From Lama guanicoe (taxonomy: Eukaryota): a stretch of DNA of 64,000 bases. The stretch covers positions 3,933,567 to 3,997,566 of the forward strand of contig MU053629.1 in the NCBI GenBank assembly GCA_013239625.1. Direction: 5' to 3'. Every line of letters starts with the position of its first letter. The first letter of the stretch is position 1. The notes beneath the pieces were generated by a model. The model was given only the letters and a program-made list of their open reading frames with translations. It did not search any database and was not told the DNA's origin. Positions 24,391 through 36,280 of the stretch are shown piece after piece. The position numbers and the translations under genes were made by a program.

Positions 24391-27300
24391 GAAATTTAAC
24401 TGATGTACTAAGAGAAGGGATAAAACAGAATCATGTAAAACCAGATTAAGGCAGGAGAAAGAAAACTTAAAAAAAGAAAAAAGTGCAACAAATAGAAAAC
24501 AATTATAAACATGGTAAATATTAATCCAGCTATATTTGTAATTACCTTCAATGTGAACGGTGTAAATATACCAATTAAAAGACGGAGACAAGCAGAGGCA
24601 TAACAAAACAGGACTCAACTGTCTGTTGTCTACAAGAAGCCCACTTTAAAAATAAAGACACAGAGAGATGAGAAGTAAAGGGCTAGAGAAAGCTCTACCA
24701 TGCTAACTCTAATCAGAGAAAGGTGGAGTGCCGACATTAATGTCAGACACAGCGGACTTCAAAACAAGAAACGTGATCGTGGATAAAGTGGGGCATTACC
24801 TGATAATAAAGGGATGGGTTCTCCACAAGGTGTAACAGTCCTTCATGTGTCTGCATCTAACAAAAGAACATCAAAGTATGTGAGCCTAAATACTAATAGA
24901 GCTGCCAGGAGAAAGAGACAAAACCATGTTATATTTGGAGACTTCAACACCCCTCTTTCAGGAATGGACAGATCCAGTAGGCAGAAAATCAGGAAGGATG
25001 TAGTTGATCAACCAACTTGATCTAACTTACAGACACGTCATCCAACAACAGCAGAGTACACGGTCAGCTCAAGTTCACTTGGAGCATTCATCAAGACAGA
25101 CCACCCACCGGGACATACAACCCACCTGAACGAATCAAAAAGAACAGCATCTGGATGGGCCTTTGGTTGTTTCCCAAGAGACCAAGATGTTGTTTAGGGA
25201 ACTGGGCCCCTGCAGCCTGGCAGACCCGGGGTACAGTGTGAGGTCCATCGCTCACCTGCTGTGTGACCTTGGACCAGTCATTTCATCTCTTCGTCTGCAG
25301 AGTGAAGGCAGTAACAGGAACTACTTCATGGGTAGATGCTCTGAGGATGAAATAAAACATCTCATGGAAAGTGATTTAAACCCTCCCTGGCTCCAGGCTA
25401 AGACCTCAGTAAACATGCCTGCTCACTAATGGAGCTAGTAAGACAGAAGGAACAGTCTGTGTCCCTGCCGGTCATAGCAGACTCAAACTCGGGTTCCCTT
25501 GTAGTCCTGGAGATGCGTCACACCCTCGGGGAGCAGGTGCCACCGGCTCCTGGCAGGTGGGATTATAATGTATGACCAGTCTCCTCGTTTTGTCAATGAG
25601 GAAACCGAGGCTCAGAGGCTAAAGTCACGTGCCCAGAGCTGGGGTTTCAATTCAAGTCTGTTGGTCTGTTTCCCTTTAGCAAAGGGAAAAAACGATATAG
25701 ACTGAATTGTATATATATGATTGTGTGTGGGAGCGTGTGTGTGTGTTTCATTGCCCTATGACGGTAGGAATACTGGCAATTGATTTTTCCAGTTTTCTCA
25801 ATATTTCTAATTTTGTTTCAGAAGCATAATGGGGAAACATTCAAAATATAGAGCCAAAGGTTTAGAGAATTAATGTTGGGCTGGGCTAGGTGTCCTGAGG
25901 ACTTCACTTTCTTAAAGATTCTGTGGAGGAACAGGGAACCTCATCGCTCTGCACTCCCGAGATGAACCCTGCGGATCAAGATTTTCTGAGCCCCTATTCA
26001 CTGATCTGCACTCTCATGAGTTTGCAACAAAGTTTTCATTTGTTTTTTTTCCTCCCTCTCTTCCTTTCTCTTCTTTCCTTGCTTTCGTTCTCTCTCTTTT
26101 TTGTTTTGGCCAGAAAGCGAAGATAAAGCATAAGCATTGTTGATATTTTTCTAGCACGACTTAAATGTCTGGTACTTAGAAAAGATGAGATCATTAGGTT
26201 GTTGGGATTTGGACGGGGAGGTAAGAGAAAACTCAGCTCTAAAAATACACCTCCTTTCTTTCTTATTTGTATGAAACTTTTTTCGAAGGCTTCTCAGGGG
26301 CCAAAGAACAAGCACACAAACAAAATCAGGTCATGGCCGTTCTACTCTCTGCCCCTTGCCCAGCTGGACCCTGGGTGGAGCCGCAGGATAAAGGTCTGGG
26401 GGACTCCAGGGAGCACAGCCAGCATGCCCCGAAGTGGCGGGAGCCCCTCATGCCCTGGCTGGGGCTCAGGAGTAGAGGGAAGCAATTGGAGCCGGTAGCC
26501 AGGCTCCCCTCAACCCAGCAGAGGGTCGGTGCTCAGGGGGTGGGGCCCCGCACCCTCCTCTCTGAAGTGGCGCTGTTGTGAGAGCCCAGTGGGAGGACAC
26601 ATGGGCCAGCGGAAGAGAGGACCAGGCTGGGCCAGGAGCTCAGGCAGCGTGGGCTGGACCCAATCTACGCAGATGGCCTGGGGCAGGAAAGGGGCTTCTG
26701 CAGGTCAGAAAGCATGTGTTCTGAGAACCCCTCGTTCTGCTCCGGGCTTGGGACCCTCATGCTTCTGTGCATCACTCCGTCTTGCAGCTCTGGTGCTTTC
26801 CTCACCTCGTGTCCAAGTCATGTGAATCCTTAACGCCATGTCCTGCTCCTCCCCTCCCCAGGGCTCCAGCAGCCACCTGCCTGTGCCATCTTGAGGCAGT
26901 GTGAGGGAGAGACCAGGAGGCTGGGGGCTGGTCTCCCTCTCCTGGGAGAAGGCCTGGTCCTGGACTTGCCAGGTTTTAAGCATCTGGTGTAGGGCGGTGG
27001 AAAGGACTCTTGATTCATCTCAGAAGCCCCAAATGCCTCACGGTCCTGCCCCCAAACTGCCCGGGCCACCTCAGACCTCAGGTTCCGCCCCAGGAAATGG
27101 GCCATCTGAGCTACACACTGGGAAGGGACTTCTCAGCACTGCGGTCTGAAGGGAAGGGAAGGGATGGCTGGAGGGAAGCTGGCAGGGAGCTAAGCTAAGG
27201 GACCCTCTCCCAAGGGTCCCCACCTCCTCCGGTCCGGTTCCCCAGCAGGGTTTGAGGCAGTGGCAGCTACTGGGTAACGCAGACCAGATGCAGCCCTCTC

Positions 27301-29544
27301 CCCAGCCACGCTCGGCGGCCTTCCTCCTCCGAGGCCTGGGGGATATTTGAAACTCCACGGAGTTTGGCTTCAGAGCCCGGAGTGGAAACCACAGCTCCAT
27401 GACGCGAGCGCATATGATCTCCCTGGGAGAAGGGAGACGACGGGCCTCGGAAAGCGAGAGACAAGCTGGAGGTCGCTGGCTCCGGAGATCACTTAGGATG
27501 GTGTCTGGGAGCCGCAGGGAGGGCAAGCCCCGCGCGCTGGGCTGGGATGGAGGCAGGACCTCGGAGGCGGCGGGCTCTCTGATACCAGAATATGGAGCAA
27601 AGGCCGGGGCCCCTTAGAGGGGATACTTGCACCCAGAATGGGAGCTGGACATCCACCAAGGAACCATCCTATATCTCCCACCCACCCCAATGTGAGCACA
27701 TGTTTTCAAAGCTTTGCTTGCCAGACAAATCATTGAAGAAGAAAAATTCCATTGAGAAAGAATGAACCCCCCCGACTTCCTCGGGGATGGACCGAGCAAC
27801 TGAGTTTGCAGAAATGAGTGGGAAATGGTTCCAAAGTCACTGCCAGCTAAGATACCCCAGCTTCTACCACTGCCTAGTGGGATAACTTTGGGCCAATAAT
27901 TTAATATTTCCAGACTCAGATTCCCATTTGGCCAGCGGAAATACTAAGCCTCATCTTCGGGTGGGGGTGGGGGTGGGGACTGTAAGATGTGCATGAAAGG
28001 GACCAGCAGAGGGCCACAGAGGCGGGCGCTGTTACTTCTAAATGACATGAATTAAATCCTCATTTTCCAATTCTAAGTAATTGGGACCATCATAACTGCC
28101 CATCAGCACTGTGATGGGCAAAAATATCTGAGACCCCTGCCCCCGCGGGGTTGGGGTGATCCAGGCTGTGAGCGCAGCACCTCCTGGCCAAAGTGATGGT
28201 CGGGGGCGGGCCCTTTGAATGCTGCTGGTGCTCAGGCATCAGGCCTCCCACAGGCAGGACCCAGGGCTGAGACCATCTCTGCCCATCCTTCCGGCCTGAG
28301 GGTCTTTCCCTCCAGAGGTGAGGGCTCAGGCAGGGCACTGGGTCCCCAGGCTTTGCTTCTGCTCACCCTACTCGCCTGGGGTGCTCTGGGCTGGCTACTT
28401 GGCCCTTTCTGTGCCATGGAGATGACTTGCCTGGTCACTTAGCAACCTCAGTTTCCTCATGTATGAAATGGGACCAGCAGGCACGTTGGAGCGCCGTGGA
28501 GGGGTGCTGTGAGGGGTGGGGAGAGTGGTCAATGCGTCTGGCTATGTGATCCTCCCAGCATTCAGGGGAGAGGCCTTGGGCTTCAGGGCATCAAGGAATG
28601 GAATGCAGAGCAGGCTGCTGCCCTCGGGGGTCAAGTCCCAGGAGAAGGGGATACCCACTGGCATGGGCTGTGGGTGTGGGTGGGGCAGGTTCTCCTTAAG
28701 CCTAAGATTTGTAGAAGGAAAGAGATTGGACTTGGTAATGGAATAGGCCCCCGGGCCCGATAGTGAAGGTTTTCCAGCCTTGCCAAATCCTGCCCTCCCT
28801 TATGTCCATCGCTTCATTCCCTGTGGCTACTCATTCCACAGGCACCTCTCAAGCAGGCTGTCTGCTTCCTGAGCTGGGGTACAGCGCTGAGCGTGGTGCC
28901 TGCCCTCATGGAGCCCCCACTCCACATGGGGGAGGAAGACCTGAAACAAACAGCCAAATACATCAGGACCAAGTTACAACACTTAACAGGAGCCAGGAAG
29001 GAAGAGACAGGATATTACAAGTGCATAACAAGGCCAACTCGTCCTGAAGGCCAGTACTTGCTCCATACCTGGCAGGGCCCTACCCCTTGGACTCGCTGGT
29101 TCCCCTCGACAGTCCTGTGTGGCGGGAGCCATCATTACCTCCATCCGACAGATGAGGAAACTGGGCAGAGCCCAGACCTCAACTGTCCCCCTAACTCTGT
29201 GCCCAAGGAGGGCAGGCTTCCTTCTTCCTTTCCCCACAAATGAGGAAACTGAGACTTTGAGAGGAGATCAAATGTTTTTCTCATGGTCACAGATAGGAAT
29301 GGCTGAGTTCCCTGACCCTTCTCCTCCGACCAAACTCCAACCAGCCCAGGACAGAATTTTTAGCCTCGTGAAGAGAAATCAGCATGCTAGGGGAGACGGT
29401 GGACATTGTGGAAGATCAGTTGTATATTCATGACCCAGGGCGATCTTGTCTGTCCTGCGCCAGTCTGTCCAGGTGCCACGTCCTCCGGGGACTCCTGAGA
29501 CTGAAATCCTGTGAGGTAGGATGGTGCACCTTCTTCACAGGTGG

Positions 29545-30017
29545 TTGCCAAGAATTCCTCCCACCTGAACACATAGGATGCTCCTTCCAGAAAGAGGACC
29601 CGTTCTCCCTCCATCCCCCTTGAGTCTTGACTGGCCCTGTGACTTTCTTGGACAAAGAGAATATGGCTGAAATGACTCTGCCAGTTCCAGACCTTGCCTT
29701 AAACGGCCTCGGGGCTTCTGCTTTCTCTCTCTCGGAGGCCAGCTGCCATGCACAGCAGCTTGGGCAGACACGAGCGGGATGGAACCCCTGTGGGAAGAAA
29801 GGCCACGTGGCAGGGAGCTAAGGCACCCCACCGGCACAGGATGGGAGGGAGACCTTGTGGGCATTTCAGCGCAGCTGAGATGGACACCGCCGTGCTGACC
29901 CACGTGGAGCAGGGGATCCACCCGGCTGACCCACAGAACTGTGAGAAGTAGTAAATCACTGTTATTTCAAGCCACTAAATCACGGGGCGGTTTGTTACAC
30001 AGCACAGGTAACTGAAA
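29545..30017 (+). mobile_element. MaLR LTR (MLT1 family)
   Basis: tggccctgtgactt..gccagttcc..cagctgccatg..cacagaactgtgaga..tgttatttcaagccactaa..gtttgttacacagca..taactgaaa. Confidence 0.75.
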
Positions 30018-30239
30018 TGGGTGGCCTGGTGGATGTCTGAGTTCTGTGAGACCCTGAGACCTCTCACCCCCTCCAGATCCCTGAGCCCTGGTTGCCAGGG
30101 TTCCCAGGCCGATGGCAGCAGCCTTCCTCTTGTTTCACTCTTTCTAAGGAAAGTGAGGGCAGTTGTGTGGTTCCACTACATCGCATTTGAAGGCATTCCT
30201 ATGACAAGCTACCGGAGCTCCTATGACGAGAATGACAAG

Positions 30240-30480
30240 CTAAGAACTTAGACTTTGTGGTCAAATTCCTGGGATTCAAGTCCCAGCCCTGCCAATTTCT
30301 GGCTGTGTGACCTTGGACAATTTACTTAACCTTTCTGTGCCTTGGTTTTCTCATCTGTAAAATGAGTTAATGCTGGTGCCTATCTCATAGAACTCCCATG
30401 AGGATTAAATGAGGTAATATGTACAAACTCCTAAAATAGTGCCTGTTCATTGTAAGCACTCAATAAATATTTTCTGTTGT
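30240..30480 (+). mobile_element. MIR SINE (near full length)
   Basis: ctgggattcaagtcccagccctgcca..gctgtgtgaccttggacaatttacttaacctttctgtgccttggttttctcatctgtaaaatg..taagcactcaataaat. Confidence 0.85.
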
Positions 30481-32627
30481 TTTACACTAGTATTACTGGT
30501 GCCAGGGATTCCGAGTTGATATTTCAGGGTTCTTGAGAAGTACAGCTGATGCCTGAACACGTAAATTGCAATACAGAGAGATAAAAATAAAAATAGGAGC
30601 ATGGTCGAGTCTGGGAGTGGTTTATTCCATCTGAGAATTAGGAAGTTTTCCTGAGGGAAGTGACAATTAAGCTGGGTTTGAAAGACTGAGAAGGAGTTTA
30701 CTGGCTTTATCAGCTAGGTTTACACTTGGCTCTGAATAAAAGCAGCAATCATTGCCGCCGCAAAACAACAACAACAAAATAAACATAAATACAAAAATAA
30801 TAGTGGCTTAAACAGGGTAGTAGCTTATGTCTGACTCAAGTAGAAATCTGGTGGTGGAGGCCCAGGGTTCAGAGGATGCTCCACAGTGCTAGGCATCCAG
30901 ATTCCTCCTGTTTTCCCATTCTACCTGCTTGGCCTCTAGCCCACGCTCTCCTCCCAGTGCAAGGTGGCTGCCAGAGCTCCAGCAATCACGTCTCTTTAAG
31001 GACACTCTTAGGAGTTTTACACTGCACTTAGAAGCCATTGTCAAGGCTCCATCCCGTGGCCAATCTAACTACAAGGGAGACTGAGAAACATATTCCTTAT
31101 TCTGGGTGGTCGTGTGTCCAGCTTGCTAAGACTTGGGGGTCCCATTACCCAGGAGGACTTGGGGAACAGATAGTAGAGGTCATAACTGGCCAAGTTGGCC
31201 ACATAGAGGACATGATAGGAAAGGTGTTCCCGAAAGAAGGAGCAGCATGTGCAAAGGCCTGTGTACGTGAAGCACACGGCTGGTTGTCTCTACGAGGACT
31301 TCGAGGCTCTTCCCCCTTCTCTCCTGAGGCATTCACCACTTCCACATGGCTGCCTCCACGGACTTGCCTTTAGACAAGCTTTCTTGCCAGGCAGACACAT
31401 CCTATTCCCCGCTCTCCTGTTGCTCTGGAGGCTCCCTCCTACCCAGCGCATCCACGGGGGAAACCGAGATGCGAGATGCACTGATGAGCTTGCGGTCATG
31501 GAGGAGATGGAGGTACTGAGTGGAGGGGCCCCAGGGAGCAGGGCCGGGGCTCTCCCTGTGCTTCTAACCTAGGCCTGGACAGCTGGAGGGGGTGGCTGAG
31601 AGGGCCCCCAGGCCACGGAATGTTGTAAACAAAGGCCAGGAGGTGGCTCTTAAGGCACTTAGGGAGCCCTGGGGGAGCGCTGCCCTGCTAGTCATGGGGC
31701 CTGAGGCCAGATGCTTGAGGGATGAGAGCCTGAGTACCTGCAGGTCACATCACATGGATGTGCCGGCAGTGGAGTTCTTGGGTAGAGGAGTCAGTGCTGT
31801 TGGAGGAGAATGGGGACCGGGACCTGGGAGCCAACAGTGGGAAGCATGGGCCCAGCCCTGAGCCCTTTCTGGGCATGGAGGCAAAGAGTGAGAGATCCAC
31901 CCGGCACCGGGTCTTGGCGTGGGACCCCAGTCCTGCCTTGGACATGCTGGGCGACTTGAAGCCTCAGTTTTCCCATCTGCAAGAGCTCCGGGGCTGTGTG
32001 CTCGTGGCCAGTACTGTGGACACTTCTGAAAGAAGGGCCCCCACGGACCTGGGCTTTCAATGAGGCAGGACAGCCTGGCCTCCAGGGCCCAGCTGGGGCC
32101 TTAGCTTCTCGGGGAGCCGCCCTTGACCACCTGCACACCCCCCCCTCCCTCCCCTCCCAGCCCCTCACAGCCTCTGGTTCCAGGAGGCCCAGCTCTTGGG
32201 TCAGAACTCTGAATGCAGACTCTGGCTGGCAGCCCGGCCCCTATTCCCAAGCCATATTCCCTGAGCCTGGAGACTCAGGCAGAGGTGGCTGGGTGGCCAA
32301 AAATCCAAATGCTAGAGTGAATGCTCACCCAGCCAGGCCTCACTGCTCACAGGTCCACAGGGACGAGGCAGGCAGCCCACGTGGAGGTGGCTCAGGGGCT
32401 GGCCTGCAGCCTGTTTCAAACTGAAGAGTGTGTGCCCACCCGGTTCAAATGAAGCGTTTTTATACACTAGACTTGAAGTACCCGCACCTAAAGGCAGGGC
32501 TGCTGATGGCAGGCCTTGTGATCTGCATTCCCAGTCACAGATGTCTGCTCTGTATATATTAGGGGGCAGGGAGGGCAATTTTTTTCTTTTTTCTTTTTTT
32601 TGCAAACCAATAATATCAGCCAGCTTT

Positions 32628-32782
32628 GGGGAGGGTATAGCTCAGTGGTAGAGCGTGTGCTTAGCATGCACGAGGTCCTGGGTTCAATCCCCAGCACCTC
32701 CGTTATAAACAAATAAAGCAACCAACCTAATCCCCCCACCCTAAAATAAATAAATAAAATAAAAATTAAAAAAAATTTTTAA
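32628..32782 (+). mobile_element. tRNA-Ala-derived camelid SINE (vic-1 type)
   Basis: ggggagggtatagctcagtggtagagcgtgtgcttagcatgcacgaggtcctgggttcaatccccagcacctcc plus linker and A tail; TSD atcagccagc at 32615-32624 and 32783-32792. Confidence 0.9.
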
Positions 32783-33459
32783 ATCAGCCAGCCTGGAAGA
32801 AAGCAGTGCCCATCTGCTTTGCTTCTGCGATGGAGGTGGGATGGGGGTCGTGGGTCTGAGTTGGAGGGGCTGGACCCAGCGCATGCAAGAGACACCTATT
32901 GTTTTCTTTGCCTAGTGTTGTTCCTTTAAAAAAAGCTGCTCCCCGTTATCACTGGCCGCAGGTTTCCAGTGGGATTTGCCTTGCGGATTCTCCCCAGGTG
33001 TTGAGCACCTGACCTGCACTGAATCTATGTCTTCTGTGGAGAATTTGGAATCAGAACCAAAAGACTTCAGCTAAGACTGGCTTGTCTTCACATCTAGAGG
33101 CCAGGGAGCTGTTGACAGCCCTGCTTTCTACTGCTAACCGGAGGCGGGGTTGGAGGATGTGAAAGCAGGATGAAGGGACAGCAGGGAACGGCACGGTGCG
33201 AGAAGGAGGGGAGCTGGGCACCCACAGGGCTCTCAGCCCTGAGTGCACCCTGTCCTGAGGCCGACTGGGTCCCGGCCTGGGATTCCAGGAGGTACCCCGG
33301 GCTCCTTTCAATAACTTCCATGCCCCTCCCCAACATATATTCTTTTTCTTGCTGAAGCTAATTTAGGTGAGTTTGTGCTGCCACTAAGATAATCGCACCT
33401 GACGAAAAGAAAAGCACAGTGAGATCTCTTTTTCTATGACCGCCACTCACTGGGCCAGC

Positions 33460-33630
33460 TGCTTCACTTGCGTCATTTCATTAAACCCTTATGATGACTC
33501 TGCGAAGTATGTATTGTTATTATTTCCATTTGATAGATGAGAACACTGAGACCCAAGAGAGGCTAAGCAGCATGCCCAGAGTCACACAGCTGCCAGGAAG
33601 GAGTGGAGGCTAGTTGATTCTAGAAGCCAA
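33460..33630 (-). mobile_element. MIR SINE
   Basis: ccatttgatagatgagaacactgagacccaagagaggctaagcagcatgcccagagtcacacagct. Confidence 0.75.
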
Positions 33631-35659
33631 GTAGGAGTCTTTGTTCCCTCCCGGAGGGGGTTGCATTTGAAAGGCACTGGCCTGGGGGTGCTGCGGTGCC
33701 CCGTGCAGAGTGCATTCTCTGCGCTTATCTGACTGTGTTTTATTAAATGGGTTTGTACATCTTGAGAAAGAGCCAAGCTGGTTGGGCTTGAAGTTTTCAG
33801 CACTGGGCTGGAGGTAGCCTCCTTGGGGAGCCCAGCCAGGGCCTGGCCAAGCCCCCGGACCAGGCTGGCCGAGGATGCTGACATGAAGTCCTGCCACAGC
33901 TCTGAGGCCTGCCTGTGATTCACGGGCCCAGCCAGCCTGGGGAAGAAACAGTGCTCCCCCAGACCCCAAACCTAAGCCACCCCCTCCAGGAGGCCTTTCA
34001 GGGCCCAGGTGGCTGTGACCTTCTTTCCTCTGTTCTCCCTGACACTCATGTTGTCCTGGTCCCATCTCAGGACTCTGGAGCCCTTGGCTGGGTTCTCCTG
34101 CTGAAGAGTCATGCAGGACAAAGCTGATGCCTGGGATAAGCTTGGCCCCTGTCCCTCCACCCCAGGGCTGCGTGGGTGGTTGTCCTTAGAGACAGAGAGA
34201 GAAGACCCAGCACTGGCTGGGCCGTGGGAAGCCACAGCATCTTGGAGGAAATAGCTGGGGACCTGGCAGCTCCCGGAGGCTCAGGGAAGGCTCTCAGGGA
34301 TGGGCACGGCTGTGTGCAGACAGGTGGACTCTTCACGGCTGGAGACCAGCTGGCCCCGCTCTTTAAAAATCTTTAAAATTTGCTCATTTGAATTCTATGA
34401 ATGTATAGTTTTCAAAATAAATGGGATCACATTATCTGTTTTATCTATCTCTGTCTGTCTATAGATAATGGACATTCTTCCAAATGAACAGAGATCAATG
34501 TCATTCTTGTTAATAGAGGCCTAATAGTTTATGGAATGGACAGCTCAAAGGAAACTCGGGGCTGGTTTCACTGTGAATGTAAAGAGAAGAATTCTAACTA
34601 AAATGTTAGCGCTACAGTAAATCAAAGAATAAGACTTCACGGCCCCTTAGGAGTTTATTTGGGGGCTACCGTGATGGTCGCTATTGGGGACTCCACCAGC
34701 AGTGCTCACTGCACTGACGGATAGTGGAGGGAAACTGTGTAGTCCTCTCAGTGGACAGTCTGCATGCTGATTGGCAGCCCTTCCTGATAAAGCAGTAAGA
34801 AAGAATCCTAAACATGGCCAGAAGTATTTCCTGAACCCCAGCAGCAAACAGAGGGGCAGATGTCTTAAAGGCATCCTTGTTTAGGTGCAGAGCAGGCAAG
34901 GATCCAGGGTCCAGCGCCACAATTGTTGTGAATGAAGGAAGAAAGCAGAGGAATGTGGCTTGTCCAAGTTCACTCTGTGGTCAGTGGCAGAGCTGAGACC
35001 AGGGCCCGGGTCTCTACCCACCCTGTGTGGGGTGTTGCCCACCTCACCCGGTGACAGCTTGGCCTGGGTTTTGCTCTCATGACATCTAGGAGGTGCTGGA
35101 AGCATAGAGAGGGTTGAGTTGTGACCTTGGGTCAATGGAGAGAGACCCAGCTGAGGGGGGGGGTACTCCAGGGCTGGCACCTGTGCTCCTGTCTGTCCAC
35201 CTGCTGTCCTCTTAGGGTCCCTGTAGCCACGTGGCCTGGGAGCCACCCTCAGTCCTTCAGGCCACTTCTGACACTTCTGGGTCAGCCTTGAAGGAGTGAC
35301 AGGGAGAATAGATGCTAAATGTGGCCCTGTGCCTTCCCCACTCAGGCTGTATCATCTTAAATGAAAATGACAGCTTTTCATTTATAAGACAACAAAACGA
35401 TCCTAGTTTTGTGAAGATAAATATATATTTAGATGTGTGTCTTCACATGGGGAGAAATCTAGAAAGATATGCAATAAAAGGTTAACAGAAGTGATCTTCA
35501 GGCAATGGAATCCCAGAGGATTTCTTCTTTTTTCTTTTAGTTTTTCTGTGTTTTCTAATTTGTCTATCATCATTGTGTGTTACTTGTGGAGAGGCAGCAT
35601 AGTGAAGTGTTTAAGAGTAAGAATGGAGTTCACACTCTAGCCTTCCCTCATCCTAGCTC

Positions 35660-35702
35660 TGTGTGTGTGTGTGTGTGTGTGTGAGACAGAGAGAGAGAGA
35701 GA
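35660..35702. repeat. (TG)n(AG)n compound microsatellite
   Basis: tgtgtg...gtgagacagagagagagaga. Confidence 0.9.
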
Positions 35703-36160
35703 CAGGACACTTGACCCCTCTGAGATTTAAAATGAAAAGGAGGTTAACATTACGAGCCTAATTTACTACAGTGGAAAACCCTGGTGGGTCCCACGCGGGG
35801 ATCAAATGGAGTCCCACTAGTCACAGGGCAGACCCACCCGGGAAAGCACACAGCACCAAGCTGCCTGCTGGAAACCCTGACGGTGGATCTGGTCTTGAGG
35901 AAACATCAGATAAATCAAATAAAGACAGAGAGAGAGAGAGACAGGACACTTGACCCCTCTGAGATTTAAAATGAAAAGGAGGTTAACATTATGAGCCTAA
36001 TTTACTACAATGGAAAACCCTGGTGGGTCCCACGCGGGGATCAAATGGAGTCCCACTAGTCACAGGGCAGACCCACCCGGGAAAGCACACAGCACCAAGC
36101 TGCCTGCTGGAAACCCTGACGGTGGATCTGGTCTTGAGGAAACATCAGATAAATCAAATA
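35684..36160 (+). repeat. Direct tandem duplication, period 239 bp
   Basis: 35684-35921 vs 35923-36160; only two differences seen (35753 C/35992 T; 35771 G/36010 A). Confidence 0.95.
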
Positions 36161-36166
36161 GCGTGA

Positions 36167-36280
36167 GGAGGTGGGTACAGCTCAGTGGTGAAGAGCCTGC
36201 CTAGAGGTCCTGGGTTCAACCCCCAGTGCCTCCATCAAAACTAAATAAATAAAAACCTAATTATGTCCCACTTAAAAAAA
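36167..36280 (+). mobile_element. tRNA-derived camelid SINE, diverged copy with a deleted anticodon arm
   Basis: gggtacagctcagtggtg..gaggtcctgggttcaacccccagtgcctcc..taaataaataaaaacctaatta; TSD aaatcaaatag[c/t]gtga at 36151-36166 and 36281-36296. Confidence 0.85.

Larger units (their letters stand above)
21519..25147 (+). mobile_element. Old L1 (L1M4/L1MC-like) 5' portion: 5' UTR, ORF1 remnant and ORF2 endonuclease start; interrupted by nested insertions
   Basis: ORF1-like A-rich remnants (MKNVFNGLIRKLDLAKARITE; gactttctcagacaaacaaaagctgagggagtttgtcaccag). EN-domain motif IFGDFNTPLSGMDRSSRQKI near 24930-24990. Confidence 0.85.

Noticed and set aside
32630..32701. Genuine tRNA-Ala(AGC) gene
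   Set aside because: Followed by a SINE linker and A tail, flanked by a TSD, with no T-run terminator; relatives elsewhere in the window show it is a SINE.
35771..36204. Duplicated small ORFs (MENPGGSHAG...) as a tandem gene pair
   Set aside because: Product of the 239-bp duplication of probable old L1-derived sequence; one copy lacks ATG and there are no gene features.
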